A stretch of DNA of 64,000 nt from Candidatus Krumholzibacteriia bacterium (GCA_046484865.1 JAWOID010000029.1:19922-83921); one strand, 5' to 3'; numbered from the stretch's first letter, positions 11,832-22,306 are shown. The notes: generated by a model not told the origin, from the letters alone. Translations and numbers: made by a program.

Positions 11832-12964
11832 GCGAGATCACCCGCCATCCCGCCTCCGGCGACGGCGAACGCGAGGGACAGAACACCGGCACCCGCGGCC
11901 GGCCCACCTGTGCCGCCCGGCACCTCACCCGTCAGGTGACGGTGGGCGGCGTGAGCCTGGGCGGCGACGCCCCCGTGCGCGTGCAGTCGATGACCTGCAC
12001 CCGCACCGGCGATGCCGAGGCGACGCTGCAGCAGATCCGCGAGCTGGCCACCGCCGGCGCCGAGTTCGTGCGGGTGACCGTGAACGACGATGACGCGGCC
12101 GCGGTCCTTCCGCGCATCGTGCGCGAGAGCAACGTCCCGCTGGTGGCCGACATCCACTTCGATCACCGGCTGGCCCTCGCGGCGGTGGCCGCCGGCGTCG
12201 CCAAGCTGCGGATCAACCCCGGCAACATCGGGTCTCCCGACAAGGTGCGGGAGGTGGCGCGGGCCGCCCGGGACCGGGGCGTGCCCATCCGCGTGGGGGT
12301 GAACCGCGGCAGTCTCCACCGGCGCTACCGCGAGCAGCGACTGGTGGATCCCGCCGGCGCCCTGGTGCAGAGCGCCCTGGACGAGCTGGAGGTGCTGGCG
12401 TCGGTCGACTTCCACGACGTGGTGGTGAGTCTCAAGAGCAGCGAGCCTCAGGAGGTGGTGCAGGCTTGCCGGCGCTTCGCCGAGGTGAGCGACGTGCCGC
12501 AGCATCTCGGCGTCACCGAGGCCGGCACCCTGCAGGCGGGCATCGCGCGCTCGGTGGCCGCCATGTCGGTGCTGCTGGGCGAGGGGATCGGCGACACGGT
12601 CCGCATCAGCCTGGCGGCCGATCCGGTGGAGGAGGTCCGCGCAGCGTTCAACATGCTCCAGGCACTCGGTCTGCGCGAGGGCTTCGCGCGGGTCGTGGCA
12701 TGTCCGACGTGCGGCCGCGTGGAGGTCGACGTGATGAAGCTGGCCGCTCGCGTCGAGGAGCTGGCTCGCGACCTGCCGCCGGACCGCGTGATCTCGGTGA
12801 TGGGCTGCATCGTCAACGGCCCGGGGGAGGCCAAGAGCGCCGATCTCGGCATTGCCGCCGGCAGGACCAAGGTGGCGATCTATCGCCGTGGCGAGCTGCA
12901 TCGGAACGTCGAGAAGGCCGAGCTGGAGCGGGTGCTGATGGAGGAGATCGAGCGCCTGCGCTGA
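11828..12964 (+). CDS. ispG: (E)-4-hydroxy-3-methylbut-2-enyl-diphosphate synthase
   Basis: VQSMT, VADIHF, RINPGN, HLGVTEAG, CPTCGR...MGCIVNGPGE. Confidence 0.98.
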   Translation: MSEITRHPASGDGEREGQNTGTRGRPTCAARHLTRQVTVGGVSLGGDAPVRVQSMTCTRTGDAEATLQQIRELATAGAEFVRVTVNDDDAAAVLPRIVRESNVPLVADIHFDHRLALAAVAAGVAKLRINPGNIGSPDKVREVARAARDRGVPIRVGVNRGSLHRRYREQRLVDPAGALVQSALDELEVLASVDFHDVVVSLKSSEPQEVVQACRRFAEVSDVPQHLGVTEAGTLQAGIARSVAAMSVLLGEGIGDTVRISLAADPVEEVRAAFNMLQALGLREGFARVVACPTCGRVEVDVMKLAARVEELARDLPPDRVISVMGCIVNGPGEAKSADLGIAAGRTKVAIYRRGELHRNVEKAELERVLMEEIERLR

Positions 12965-12978
12965 GCAGGCGGGCGCGC

Positions 12979-14196
12979 TCACTCGGGGTAGGCGCTACGG
13001 ATGGCCAGCAACTCGTCCGGCCGGGCCAGCAGGATCTCGGTCAGCTCGGGGTCGAACTGGGTGCCCGCCTTGGCCCGGATGGCGGCGAGAGCCGCGCGGT
13101 GCTCCCAGGGATCCTTGTACACGCGGCGGCTGGTGAGCGCGTCGTAGACGTCGGCCAGCGCGACGATGCGCGCCGCGAGGGGGATCTCGTCGCCGCGCCG
13201 GCCCTGCGGATAGCCGGAGCCGTCCCACCATTCGTGATGCGAGAGCGATACCTCGGCACCCATCTGGATCATCGCATAGGCGCCGTGCTGGGCCATGAGA
13301 TGCGAGAGCAGTTCGTGACCGAGCGTCGTGTGAGAACGCATCACCGCGAACTCGGCCTGGCTGAGCGGACCGGGCTTGAGCAGGATCAGATCGGGGATGG
13401 CGACCTTGCCGATGTCGTGCAGGGCCGCGGCCCGGGCGATGGTCTCCACGTAATCCACGGTGACCTCGCCCTGGAACCGGGGCAGACCCAGGAGCTGGCC
13501 CGCGAGCATCCGCGAGGAGGCGCAGATGCGGTCGAGATGGCCGCCGATGTTGTGGTCGCGCGACTCGGCCAGCAGCGCCATGCCGCGGATCACCGCGTCG
13601 CGGCTCTCCCGCAGCTCGCCCAGCAGCCGCACGTTCTCCAGGGAGTAGGCCATCTGGTCCACCAGCATGGAACAGAGATCCACGTCCTCCGACGTGAAGG
13701 CGTGCGGGCGTCGGCTGCCGAAATCCAGCACGCCGACGGGTCCCTGGTTCGCGATGATCGGGAGGACCAGGCAGGAGAGCATCTCGTCGTCGAGCGGGGC
13801 GGCGCCCGGGGCCTCCGCGCGGTCGGGCACGTGGATGAGATACTCCTCCTGGAAGGCCTGGCAGTGCATGCGGGAGGAGTCGTCCAGGGGGATCTCGTGG
13901 TCGCGCACGTCGAGGTCGTAGCCCACCGTCGCCTTCAGCACCAGCGCGCCGGCCTGCGGGTCGTGCAGGAACAGCGCACAGGCGTCGCAGCCGATGACCC
14001 GCTCGATCCCCTGCACGATCTCCTGGTAGCTCGCCAGGTCGGCGTTCATGCAGATGAGTCGGGTGTTCAGCGCCCGCAGGGCGCGCAGGCGGGCGGAGAA
14101 GCCGGTATTCGGCCCGGTCGCCCCGTCGGCGTCCCCGGGGGCGGGGGAGAGGGTCGCCGTCGCTGCGGCTCCGCTCCGGTACGAGACCTCGGACAT
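12979..14196 (-). CDS. GAF + HD-GYP cyclic dinucleotide phosphodiesterase
   Basis: N-terminal GAF-like region; LHDIGK, HHEWWDGSGYP, LADVYDALTS. RBS GGAGGAG before MSEVS. Confidence 0.9.
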   Translation of the reverse strand: MSEVSYRSGAAATATLSPAPGDADGATGPNTGFSARLRALRALNTRLICMNADLASYQEIVQGIERVIGCDACALFLHDPQAGALVLKATVGYDLDVRDHEIPLDDSSRMHCQAFQEEYLIHVPDRAEAPGAAPLDDEMLSCLVLPIIANQGPVGVLDFGSRRPHAFTSEDVDLCSMLVDQMAYSLENVRLLGELRESRDAVIRGMALLAESRDHNIGGHLDRICASSRMLAGQLLGLPRFQGEVTVDYVETIARAAALHDIGKVAIPDLILLKPGPLSQAEFAVMRSHTTLGHELLSHLMAQHGAYAMIQMGAEVSLSHHEWWDGSGYPQGRRGDEIPLAARIVALADVYDALTSRRVYKDPWEHRAALAAIRAKAGTQFDPELTEILLARPDELLAIRSAYPE

Positions 14197-14338
14197 GCTC
14201 GACTCCTCCGCAGGCAGCGCCGCCGGGAACATGGCCGCGGAACATGGGGGACTTCCGGTGTGACATCGGCCGCAGCGGCCCGCACTGAAGCACGGGATGG
14301 CGCGCATCGCCCGGCCCGAGGGCTCTCGGACACGGAGC

Positions 14339-15856
14339 TCAGTCGCCCGTGGAGCGACCCATGGGCTCGGCCTCGGTGGGAATACGCGGTTCCACGAACA
14401 GGGACTCGTGGCGCAGGCAGACCGCCGTGCCCGGCGGCGATTTCCGGGGCCGGCGCACGTAGCGGCGCTCGGCCACGATGACGGGGACGATCCCCGAGTT
14501 CCGGGCCCGGCTGTGGTGGGCGGCGATCGCCGCGGTCAGTTCCTTGATCCGCTGCGGCACGTTCTCGGGGCGGTCGCCGGTGCGCAGGATGACGTGGCTG
14601 CCCGTGGTCCCCTGCGCATGGAACCAGAGATCCCTCAGTCCCGAGTGGCGGTGCGTCAACTCGTCGTTCTCGGTGCTGCCGCGGCCCACCCACACTTCCC
14701 AGCGTCCGTCCAGCAGATAGCGGCGGAACGGCACGGCGGCCGCTTCGGCGGCGGCGGTCTGCGTCGCGCGCGGCGCGGCCACCAGCTCGGCGTTGGCCTC
14801 CTCCCAGCCGGTCAGGGCCTCGAGCCGCGGCAGCGCGAGCGTGTCGCCCCCGGCGGTCGCCCGGGCCGGCGGCAAGGCCACAGCCTCGGCGAGCATCCGA
14901 TCCGCCTCCAGCAGCTCGGCGAGCCGGAAGCCGGCGTCGCGCCGTCGTGCGGAGATCACCTCGCGGCCGCGCTGCGCGCGCCGCGCCTGCTTGAAGAGAC
15001 GGTCGAGATTGGCGGCGGCATCCCGGGCAGGGTCCAGCGCGATCACGCGCGGCGAGCCGTCGCGGACGTCGGCCACCTCGATCCGCTCCAGCCCGGAGCG
15101 CCACAGATGCAGGTGTGCGGCGAGGTTCTCGGCGTCGCGTCGCAACTCGTCGCCGGAGTCGGCGACCGCCAGATCGGCGTCCAGGTTCGCCAGCAGGCGT
15201 TGCTGCTGGCGCCTGGCCTGACGCATCCGGGCCGCCAGGGCAGCGGCCAGTTCCTCCTCGCGCCGCCGCGCCAGGAGTTCGAGTCCTCGGCTGCGGAAGC
15301 GCCGGGCCACGCGGCCGCCGCCCCGGTGTCCCTCGCTCTCGGCGAGCGCGGAAGTCCACACCGACTCGTCGGGCCAGGCCGCGAGCGCGGGGTGGGGCGG
15401 CCGGTGCAGACACCAGAGCAGTCTCGCCTGGGGGTCCACCAGCGCGAGATTCCCGCGGGAGCCGAAGAGCTGGATCAGGAGCGCGACCGGGGTCCCGGCG
15501 CGAGTGGTCAGGTGCAGCGCCGCCACGTGGTCGTCCGGCAGCAGGCCCGCCCCGGTGAATGTGGCGCCCTCCAGGTGGCCGCCGAGGGCCGGTCCGCTGC
15601 CCGGCGGCAGGGCGCGCTGGAGGGAGCGGGGCAGCGGCGCGGTCAGATCGCAGAGGAGAGCGGCGCCCGGTCGCGCGCAGAGGAAGAAGGCAGCGCGGTC
15701 ATCGCCGGCCAGGCGCAGTTCCACCCAGCCGTCGCCGGCGAGCGTCCGGAAAAGCGGCCGCCCGGCGTGGCGGCGCCAGCCGCGCAGCAGCGCGGCCAGG
15801 CGTTCGCGATCGCGCCAGGGACGCTCGCTGCCGATGGACTCGCCAGGTTCCTTCAC
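14339..15856 (-). CDS. NFACT family (RqcH/Rqc2/FbpA) protein
   Basis: NFACT-R motifs WVGRGSTENDELT, DLWFHA...GSHVILR, RRYVRRPRKSPPG; coiled-coil IALDP...NLDRLFKQARR. N-terminal domain divergent. Confidence 0.85.
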   Translation of the reverse strand: MKEPGESIGSERPWRDRERLAALLRGWRRHAGRPLFRTLAGDGWVELRLAGDDRAAFFLCARPGAALLCDLTAPLPRSLQRALPPGSGPALGGHLEGATFTGAGLLPDDHVAALHLTTRAGTPVALLIQLFGSRGNLALVDPQARLLWCLHRPPHPALAAWPDESVWTSALAESEGHRGGGRVARRFRSRGLELLARRREEELAAALAARMRQARRQQQRLLANLDADLAVADSGDELRRDAENLAAHLHLWRSGLERIEVADVRDGSPRVIALDPARDAAANLDRLFKQARRAQRGREVISARRRDAGFRLAELLEADRMLAEAVALPPARATAGGDTLALPRLEALTGWEEANAELVAAPRATQTAAAEAAAVPFRRYLLDGRWEVWVGRGSTENDELTHRHSGLRDLWFHAQGTTGSHVILRTGDRPENVPQRIKELTAAIAAHHSRARNSGIVPVIVAERRYVRRPRKSPPGTAVCLRHESLFVEPRIPTEAEPMGRSTGD

Positions 15857-15882
15857 GTGTGGGCCGTTCCGGCCGCCCTCGG

Positions 15883-16356
15883 CTAGAAGAAGGTCACGCC
15901 CGCGGTGAGCTTCAGGTCGGGCGTGTCTTCGAGCCCGATCCGGATCTCACCGAAGACGCGCGTGCCCGGGCTCACGTGGTAGCCGGCGCCGCCGGCGAGG
16001 TCGAGCCCGAAGTTCCAGTCATCGAATCCGCCGCGCTCGAAATAGCTGAGCACGATGCCGCCGCCGGCGTAGAACGTCCACTGCGAGGTGGCGAACTCGG
16101 TGAAGTCGTAGAAGAGATCGCCGTTGAACGCCAGCAGGGTGGCGTCGTCGCCGAAGCCCAGCTCCACGCTCGGCTGCAGGAAGACGTTGCGGGTGAACTC
16201 GGCCACGCGGGCGTGTCCGCCGACATGGAACTGATCGAGACCATCATCGTGGGTGTAGCCGAGCCGGGCTCCCAGCGGGATCGCGGGCGCGGCGGCCGCC
16301 TGCCCGGCGATGATGACGGCGCTGGCGAGCAGGATGGAGACCAGGCATTTCCTCAT
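15883..16356 (-). CDS. Small outer-membrane beta-barrel protein
   Basis: Signal peptide, amphipathic strands (FYAGGGI, LAGGAGY), terminal aromatic GVTFF. Confidence 0.75.
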   Translation of the reverse strand: MRKCLVSILLASAVIIAGQAAAAPAIPLGARLGYTHDDGLDQFHVGGHARVAEFTRNVFLQPSVELGFGDDATLLAFNGDLFYDFTEFATSQWTFYAGGGIVLSYFERGGFDDWNFGLDLAGGAGYHVSPGTRVFGEIRIGLEDTPDLKLTAGVTFF

Positions 16357-16471
16357 GACAGCTCCCGGGGTTGCGTCGGGGTTCTCGGAACGCTTCTATT
16401 CGATGGCTTTGTAACGGTTCCGGCGAACGGCCGCAAGGGTGATTCGGGCGCCGTTCACGACGGTCGCGTCC

Positions 16472-16500
16472 TTGCTCCGGGCGGATCCCTCTTCTAGACT
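16472..16500 (+). promoter_or_regulatory. Putative sigma70 promoter of the yicC operon
   Basis: TTGCTC-N17-TAGACT. Confidence 0.5.
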
Positions 16501-16547
16501 GGCACAGCGGGCGGCGCCACACCACCATCTCCCCGGGAGGAGAGCCC

Positions 16548-17429
16548 ATGTTGAGCATGACCGGCTACGGCAGCGGCGAGGCGGAGGCCGGCGGGCTGGC
16601 GGTGACCTGCGAGATCCGCTCGGTGAACCATCGCTTCCTCGACGTGGCGCTGCGCCTGCCGGGAGCTTTGGCGTTCCTCGAGAACGATATCCGGGCCGTG
16701 CTCAAGGAGCGCGTGGCCCGCGGGCGCCTCTCCGTCAGCTATCAGCTCGGCCCCCGATCCGGCGGGCCGGCCGCAATGCTGGACCGCGAGCGCCTGGATC
16801 AGGCCATCGCCCTGCTGCGGCACGCCGGCGAGCGGTTGCAGGCGGCCACCGGCCGCGCCCAGGAACTCGGTCTGGAGCACCTGCTCGCGGTTCCCGAGCT
16901 CTTCGAGGGAGGCGAGGCGGCCACCGCGCCCGAGGAGCTGCGCGGCGCGGGCCTGGCGGCTCTGGCACAGGCGGTGGACGGCCTGGTCGCCATGAAGGTG
17001 CGTGAGGGGCGGGAACTGGCGGCGGAGATGCGGGGGCGGCTGGACCGGCTGCGCCAGCTGCTGGACGTCGTGACGCAGCAGGCGCCGCGCGCCGCCGGCG
17101 AGGCGCTGGAGCGGCTGCGGGCGCGTCTCGCCCAGCTGGTCGCCGAGGAGATCGACCCCCAGCGGCTGGCCCAGGAGGCCGCCATGCTGGCGGACCGCGC
17201 GAACATCAACGAGGAATGCGAGCGCCTGGGCATCCACATCGAGAGCTTCCGCGGCGCCCTGGACGAGGGCGGTCAGGTGGCCAAGCGGCTGAACTTCCTG
17301 CTGCAGGAGATGCACCGCGAGGTCAACACCATGGGCTCGAAGACCAACCTCATGGAGATCACCCAGCATGTGATCGCCATGAAGGAAGAGGTGGAGTCCA
17401 TGCGCGAACAGGTCCAGAACCTGGAATGA
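16548..17429 (+). CDS. yicC: YicC family endoribonuclease
   Basis: MLSMTGYG, EIRSVNHRFLD, RLNFLLQEMHREVNTMGSK, REQVQNLE. Confidence 0.95.
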   Translation: MLSMTGYGSGEAEAGGLAVTCEIRSVNHRFLDVALRLPGALAFLENDIRAVLKERVARGRLSVSYQLGPRSGGPAAMLDRERLDQAIALLRHAGERLQAATGRAQELGLEHLLAVPELFEGGEAATAPEELRGAGLAALAQAVDGLVAMKVREGRELAAEMRGRLDRLRQLLDVVTQQAPRAAGEALERLRARLAQLVAEEIDPQRLAQEAAMLADRANINEECERLGIHIESFRGALDEGGQVAKRLNFLLQEMHREVNTMGSKTNLMEITQHVIAMKEEVESMREQVQNLE

Positions 17430-18064
17430 GGGAGAGACGCTTGCTGGTCCTGATCTCCGGCCCCTCCGGCGCCGGCAAGTCGACCTTCGTGGAACGCCTG
17501 CTCGCCAGCGACCGGCGGCTGGCGTTCTCGGTGTCGGTGACCACGCGTCCGCCCCGTCCCGGCGAGGTCGATGGCGAGGACTACCACTTCGTGGAGGAGA
17601 CCGGGTTCCAGCGCCTGGTGGCGGCGAATGCCTTCGTGGAGTGGGCGCGGGTGCACGGCCACAGCTATGGCACGCGGACGGCCGATCTGCGCGCCCTGCA
17701 GGAGGCCGGCCGGGTGCCGCTGCTCGACCTGGACGTGCAGGGCGGCTGCTCGGTGATCGACCGCTTCGGTCCGGAACTGGTGTCGGTGTTCCTGTTCCCG
17801 CCGTCCTGGCCGGAACTGGAGCGGAGATTGCGGTCCCGCGGCACCGACAGCGAGGAGGTCATCCGCACCCGGCTGGATAACGCGCGCTGGGAGGTCGGTT
17901 TCGCCGATCGCTACGGCTACTGGCTGGTGAACGACGACCTGGACGCGGCGGTGGAGCGCATGCGGGCCATCATCACGGCCGAGTGCTGCCGTCGGGAACG
18001 TCAGGCGGCACCGCCCCTGAGCGCGGAGGGTCAGCGGCGCCCGGGGGCCCGCGGGAACTCCTGA
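17426..18064 (+). CDS. gmk: Guanylate kinase
   Basis: ISGPSGAGKST, SVTTRPPRPGEVDGEDYHFV, LDLDVQG. ATGA overlap. Confidence 0.97.
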   Translation: MRERRLLVLISGPSGAGKSTFVERLLASDRRLAFSVSVTTRPPRPGEVDGEDYHFVEETGFQRLVAANAFVEWARVHGHSYGTRTADLRALQEAGRVPLLDLDVQGGCSVIDRFGPELVSVFLFPPSWPELERRLRSRGTDSEEVIRTRLDNARWEVGFADRYGYWLVNDDLDAAVERMRAIITAECCRRERQAAPPLSAEGQRRPGARGNS

Positions 18065-18184
18065 TCCGCTTCGGGGTTTGCCTTCTGGCGATTCTGGTAT
18101 ATCGTTGAGCGGTTGCTCGCTATCTCTCCGGGCAACCAAACGGACTCCCGCACACCGCACCGCGTTCCCAGAGGTGGATTCCCG

Positions 18185-18475
18185 ATGACCTACATTCCGC
18201 GGCACAGGGTCACCGATCTGATCCCCAACAAGTTCGAGGCGATCAAGGTGGCTGCGCTCGAGGCGCGCCGGCTCAACGAACGAGCCCGCATGCTGGGCGT
18301 GAGCCTGCCGGGCAAGATCACCAGTCTGGCCGTCCGCCGCCTGCTCGACGGCCGGGTGCAGTACTTCGACGAGCGCGAGCGCCAGCGGGCTCTGCGGGCC
18401 CAGCGCGAGGCCGAGCAGGCCCAGGGCGAGTCGGCCGAGGAACTGGAGGCGGAGGAGCAGACCGAGGAGGCCTGA
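18185..18475 (+). CDS. rpoZ: RNA polymerase omega subunit
   Basis: NKFEAIKVAALEARRLN...KITSLA; gmk-rpoZ-coaBC synteny. Confidence 0.8.
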   Translation: MTYIPRHRVTDLIPNKFEAIKVAALEARRLNERARMLGVSLPGKITSLAVRRLLDGRVQYFDERERQRALRAQREAEQAQGESAEELEAEEQTEEA

Positions 18476-18476
18476 G

Positions 18477-19793
18477 ATGACCGACCGCCGCGTCCTGCTC
18501 CTGGTGACCGGCGGCATCGCCGTGTACAAGGCCTGCCTGCTGACCCGCCTGCTGGTGCAGGCGGGTCTTTCCGTCCGCGTCGGCATGACCGCTGCAGCCC
18601 AGCGATTCGTCAGCCCGCTCACCTTCCAGGTCCTCTCGGGTCACCCGGTCGCCACCGATCTGTGGGGCGACGGCCAGGGTCGGCCCATGGATCACATCGA
18701 TCACGCCGCGTGGGCCGACGTGGCCGTGATGGCGCCGGCCACCGCGAACAGCCTTGCGCGGGCCGCCAACGGGCTGGCGGACGAGATCGTCTCCACGCTC
18801 CTGCTGGCGTTCCCCGGGCCGTTGCTCGTCGCACCCGCCATGAACGACCACATGTGGCGTCACCCGGCGACCCAGGCCAACCTGGCGCGCCTGCGCGAGC
18901 GCGGCGTGCACGTGGTGGGGCCGGGCTCCGGCGACCTGGCCTGCGGTACCGTCGACGTGGGGCGCATGGCCGAGCCGGAGGAGATCCTCGCGGCGATCCA
19001 GGCGCTCATGGCCCTGGAGGGACCGAGGACGGACGCCTCGCCCGGGACGACCGCCGCCGCCGAGACGGCGGAGCCGCCCGCGCCCGCCGCGCGCACAGCG
19101 TCCGGAGTCGCCGCCGCATCGCCCTGGCGCGGCCGGCGAGTGCTGGTGACCGCCGGGCCCACCCACGAGCCGGTGGACGCCGTCCGGTACCTGGCCAATC
19201 GCTCCAGCGGCGCCCTGGGCTACGCCATCGCGGCTGCTGCGGCGAGCGCCGGCGCAGAGGTCACGCTCGTCTCGGGACCGGTGCAGCTCCTGCCTCCGCG
19301 CGGACTGCGCCGCGTGGTGCACGTGCAGACGGCCGGCGAGATGGCGGCCGCGGTGGCGGCCGGACTCGACGAGGGCTGCGACTGGCTGATCATGGCCGCT
19401 GCGGTGGCCGATTTCGCGCCGGCGCAGACCTCGCCGGGCAAGCTCAAGAAGGAGGCGCTCGGCGATGCCTGGCGCCTGGAACTGGTGCGCACTCCGGACG
19501 TGCTGGGAGACGTCGTGCCGCGGCACCGGGGGCCGCACACGCGGGTGGTGGGCTTCGCGCTCGAGACCGAGCACCTGCAGGAACGTGCCCTGGGCAAGCT
19601 GCGGAGCAAGCAGCTCGACTTCGTCGTCGCCAACGATCCGATCGCCGAGGGTGCGTTCGGCCCGGGCGAGCACGTCGTCCACCTGATCGGTCCCGCCGGC
19701 GAGATCTGGCAGAGCGAGCGGTTGCCGAAGCCGGCGATCGCGGCGGAACTGCTCCGGCGGCTGGCGCGGGCGACCGCGGAGGCGGATGGATGA
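18477..19793 (+). CDS. coaBC: Bifunctional phosphopantothenoylcysteine decarboxylase/ligase
   Basis: TGGIAVYK, APATAN, APAMN, VTAGPTHEPVDAVRYLANRSSG, VGFALET. Confidence 0.97.
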   Translation: MTDRRVLLLVTGGIAVYKACLLTRLLVQAGLSVRVGMTAAAQRFVSPLTFQVLSGHPVATDLWGDGQGRPMDHIDHAAWADVAVMAPATANSLARAANGLADEIVSTLLLAFPGPLLVAPAMNDHMWRHPATQANLARLRERGVHVVGPGSGDLACGTVDVGRMAEPEEILAAIQALMALEGPRTDASPGTTAAAETAEPPAPAARTASGVAAASPWRGRRVLVTAGPTHEPVDAVRYLANRSSGALGYAIAAAAASAGAEVTLVSGPVQLLPPRGLRRVVHVQTAGEMAAAVAAGLDEGCDWLIMAAAVADFAPAQTSPGKLKKEALGDAWRLELVRTPDVLGDVVPRHRGPHTRVVGFALETEHLQERALGKLRSKQLDFVVANDPIAEGAFGPGEHVVHLIGPAGEIWQSERLPKPAIAAELLRRLARATAEADG

Positions 19794-20767
19794 GCGCCGC
19801 CGATCGTGATGTCCGCCGCGCCGGGGGCGGCGACGCCGCCGTTTCCGGGGACGTGAGGGCCCTGCTCGCGGATCTGCGGACCTATCTGCAGCAGCGTCGC
19901 GAGGACGGCATGGAGTGGGTCATCGCGCCGCCCTCGCCCGAGGCGATCCACGCTCAGCCCGAGGTCGAAGAGGAGTCGGCGCCGCAGGCGCCGGTCGCCC
20001 CGCCGCCGGCGGCAGCCGTGGAGCCGCAGCCTCCGCGGCCGGCTCCCGCGGCGGCGCGCGAGCAGGCGTTCGCCCGCGCGTGCGAGGCGTTCGTGGCCGA
20101 CACGCTCGCCCGCATCGCCCGGCACGAGCAGGTCCTTCCCGCCCAGAGCAGCATCTTCGCCGCCCGCCAGGACGCCGCCGAGCCGTCGCGGACCTCGGCC
20201 GACAAGGCACGCGAACTCGCCGCCCTCGCGGCGGAGGTCGTGCCGTGCGTCGGGTGCAAGCTCCACGGGTCGCGCACCCGGACGGTGTTCGGCACCGGCA
20301 ATCCCGACGCCGACCTGGTGCTGGTGGGAGAGGCGCCCGGACGCGACGAGGATCTGAGCGGGGAGCCGTTCGTCGGGCGCGCGGGTCAGCTGCTCGAGGA
20401 GATCCTCCGGGCGATCGGCTTCGCCCGCGACGACGTCTTCATCTGCAACGTCCTCAAGTGCCGGCCGCCCGGGAACCGCGATCCCGAGCCCGACGAGGTG
20501 ACCGCCTGCGAGCCTTTCCTGCGGCGGCAATTGCAGATCATCGAGCCGCGGCTGGTCCTGTGTCTCGGCCGGGTGGCCGCGCAGTCGCTCCTGGGGACCC
20601 GGGCCCCGCTCGCCAAGCTGCGCGAGTCGGTCCACTTCTACGCCGGCATCCCGGTGCTGGCCACCTACCATCCCGCTGCGCTGCTGCGCAACGCGGCCTG
20701 GAAGCGGCCCACCTGGGACGACGTGCGCAAGGCGCGCGCCCTCCACGACGCCCTCCGGCGGGGCTGA
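19790..20767 (+). CDS. Family 4 (Fe-S) uracil-DNA glycosylase with Pro/Ala-rich N-terminal extension
   Basis: [16 protein letters not shown]...[28 protein letters not shown]. Confidence 0.94.
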   Translation: MSAADRDVRRAGGGDAAVSGDVRALLADLRTYLQQRREDGMEWVIAPPSPEAIHAQPEVEEESAPQAPVAPPPAAAVEPQPPRPAPAAAREQAFARACEAFVADTLARIARHEQVLPAQSSIFAARQDAAEPSRTSADKARELAALAAEVVPCVGCKLHGSRTRTVFGTGNPDADLVLVGEAPGRDEDLSGEPFVGRAGQLLEEILRAIGFARDDVFICNVLKCRPPGNRDPEPDEVTACEPFLRRQLQIIEPRLVLCLGRVAAQSLLGTRAPLAKLRESVHFYAGIPVLATYHPAALLRNAAWKRPTWDDVRKARALHDALRRG

Positions 20768-20776
20768 GGCGGCGCC

Positions 20777-22306
20777 TCAGCCGATCAGCACCGGCATTCC
20801 CATCAGCGGCCAGATCAGCCAGACGAAGAGTGCCGTCACCGCCATCAGCAGGATGGTGGCCGGCACTCCGGCCGCGAAGAACTCGCCGGTGGTGAACTGC
20901 TTGCTCTCGTAGGCGATGGCGTTCGGCGCCGCCCCCACCAGGAGCAGGAACGGCATGCCGGCGGCCACCAGACAGGAGAACAGCACGACCTCGGGCGCCA
21001 CCCCCAGGAACGGCGCCATGGTGAGCGCCACCGGCATGCTGATGGCGATGGCGGCCACGTTCATGATGAAGTTCGTCATCAGGAGCACGAAGAAGGCCAC
21101 CCCCAGCACGAACACCAGCCAGGGGGCGTCCTTGAGCAGGGTCAGCCAGTTGATGGCCAGCCACTGAGCGGCTCCGGTCTGCCAGAGGCAGAAGCCGATG
21201 CTCATGGCGCCGCCGAAGAGCAGGATGATGTTCCAGGGGACGGACTCGAGATCCTTGACGTCCAGGATCTTCAGCACGAAGAAGAGCGCGGTGGTGCAGA
21301 GGATCACGGCGCTCTTGTGCAGCGGCTCGAGGAACGGCACGAAGCTGCGCAGGCTCAGCGCCAGGATCGCCGTGACCACGATGACGATGGTGAGGATCTC
21401 CTGGGACCGCATGGGTCCGAGCTGCGCGTAGAGGTGCCGGGCGCGGTCGCGGAGACCGGGGATGGTCTTCTGCTCCGGCCGGTAGAGCAGCAGCATGTAG
21501 AGCCACAGCAGCACCGTCATGAGCGCGCCCACCGGAAGCATGTACTTGGTGAGTCCGAAGAACGTGATCTCGTAGCCGACGATCTCCCGGAAGAACCCGA
21601 TGGCCACCGCCGCGCGCGCCGCGCCCAGCAGGGTGATGATGCTGCCGGCGCCCGCCACGTAGGCCATGCCGATGAACAGCCCCTTGCCGAAGCGGGTGGG
21701 ACGATCGCCGTCGTCGTACATGCCGTTGATGGTGGTCAGCAGCGGGAAGACGGCGGCGGCCACCGCGGTGTGGGCCATGATGAGGGTCATCATCGACGTC
21801 ATCAAGAACGAACCCAGGTAGATGATGCTCGTGCGCTCGCCGATGACCGAGAGCATCCGGTAGGCGATGCGCCGCGTCAGCCCCGTCTTGGAGAAGGTCA
21901 TCCCGATGACGATGGAGCCGAAGATGAACCAGACCGACGGGTCCATGAAGTCGGTAAAGGCGGTGTCGGCGTCGCGGATGTGGAAGAGCACCTGGACGAT
22001 ACCGATGACGATGCCCGTCACGCCGATGGGCACCACCTCGAACACCCACCAGATGCCCGCCCACAGGAAGAGGCCGATCGCCAGGCGACCCTCCCGCGAC
22101 AGCGGGTAGCGGTCGCCGTTGGGATCCACGGCGTCGGTCCACTCGGGCGAGAGGTAGACGGCGAAGAAGAGTCCCATGCCCAGGAGGATGAAGAAGAGCC
22201 GGCGCCAGTCGACGGTGGCGGGGCGCCGGGGCGGGGCCACCGCGACGTCGCCACCACCTCTGCGCTGCTGGACTCCGGGCGGCGTCGAGGCTTCGAGCCT
22301 GGCCAT
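20777..22306 (-). CDS. SLC13/DASS family anion transporter
   Basis: Many TM helices; WWVFEVVPIGVT, VPWNIILLFGG, MTNFIMN, VGAAPNAIAY. RBS AAGGAG. Confidence 0.9.
   Translation of the reverse strand: MARLEASTPPGVQQRRGGGDVAVAPPRRPATVDWRRLFFILLGMGLFFAVYLSPEWTDAVDPNGDRYPLSREGRLAIGLFLWAGIWWVFEVVPIGVTGIVIGIVQVLFHIRDADTAFTDFMDPSVWFIFGSIVIGMTFSKTGLTRRIAYRMLSVIGERTSIIYLGSFLMTSMMTLIMAHTAVAAAVFPLLTTINGMYDDGDRPTRFGKGLFIGMAYVAGAGSIITLLGAARAAVAIGFFREIVGYEITFFGLTKYMLPVGALMTVLLWLYMLLLYRPEQKTIPGLRDRARHLYAQLGPMRSQEILTIVIVVTAILALSLRSFVPFLEPLHKSAVILCTTALFFVLKILDVKDLESVPWNIILLFGGAMSIGFCLWQTGAAQWLAINWLTLLKDAPWLVFVLGVAFFVLLMTNFIMNVAAIAISMPVALTMAPFLGVAPEVVLFSCLVAAGMPFLLLVGAAPNAIAYESKQFTTGEFFAAGVPATILLMAVTALFVWLIWPLMGMPVLIG

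Noticed and set aside
14226..14247. Direct repeat GGAACATGG x2 upstream of the HD-GYP gene
   Set aside because: Only two copies with no supporting context; could be chance.
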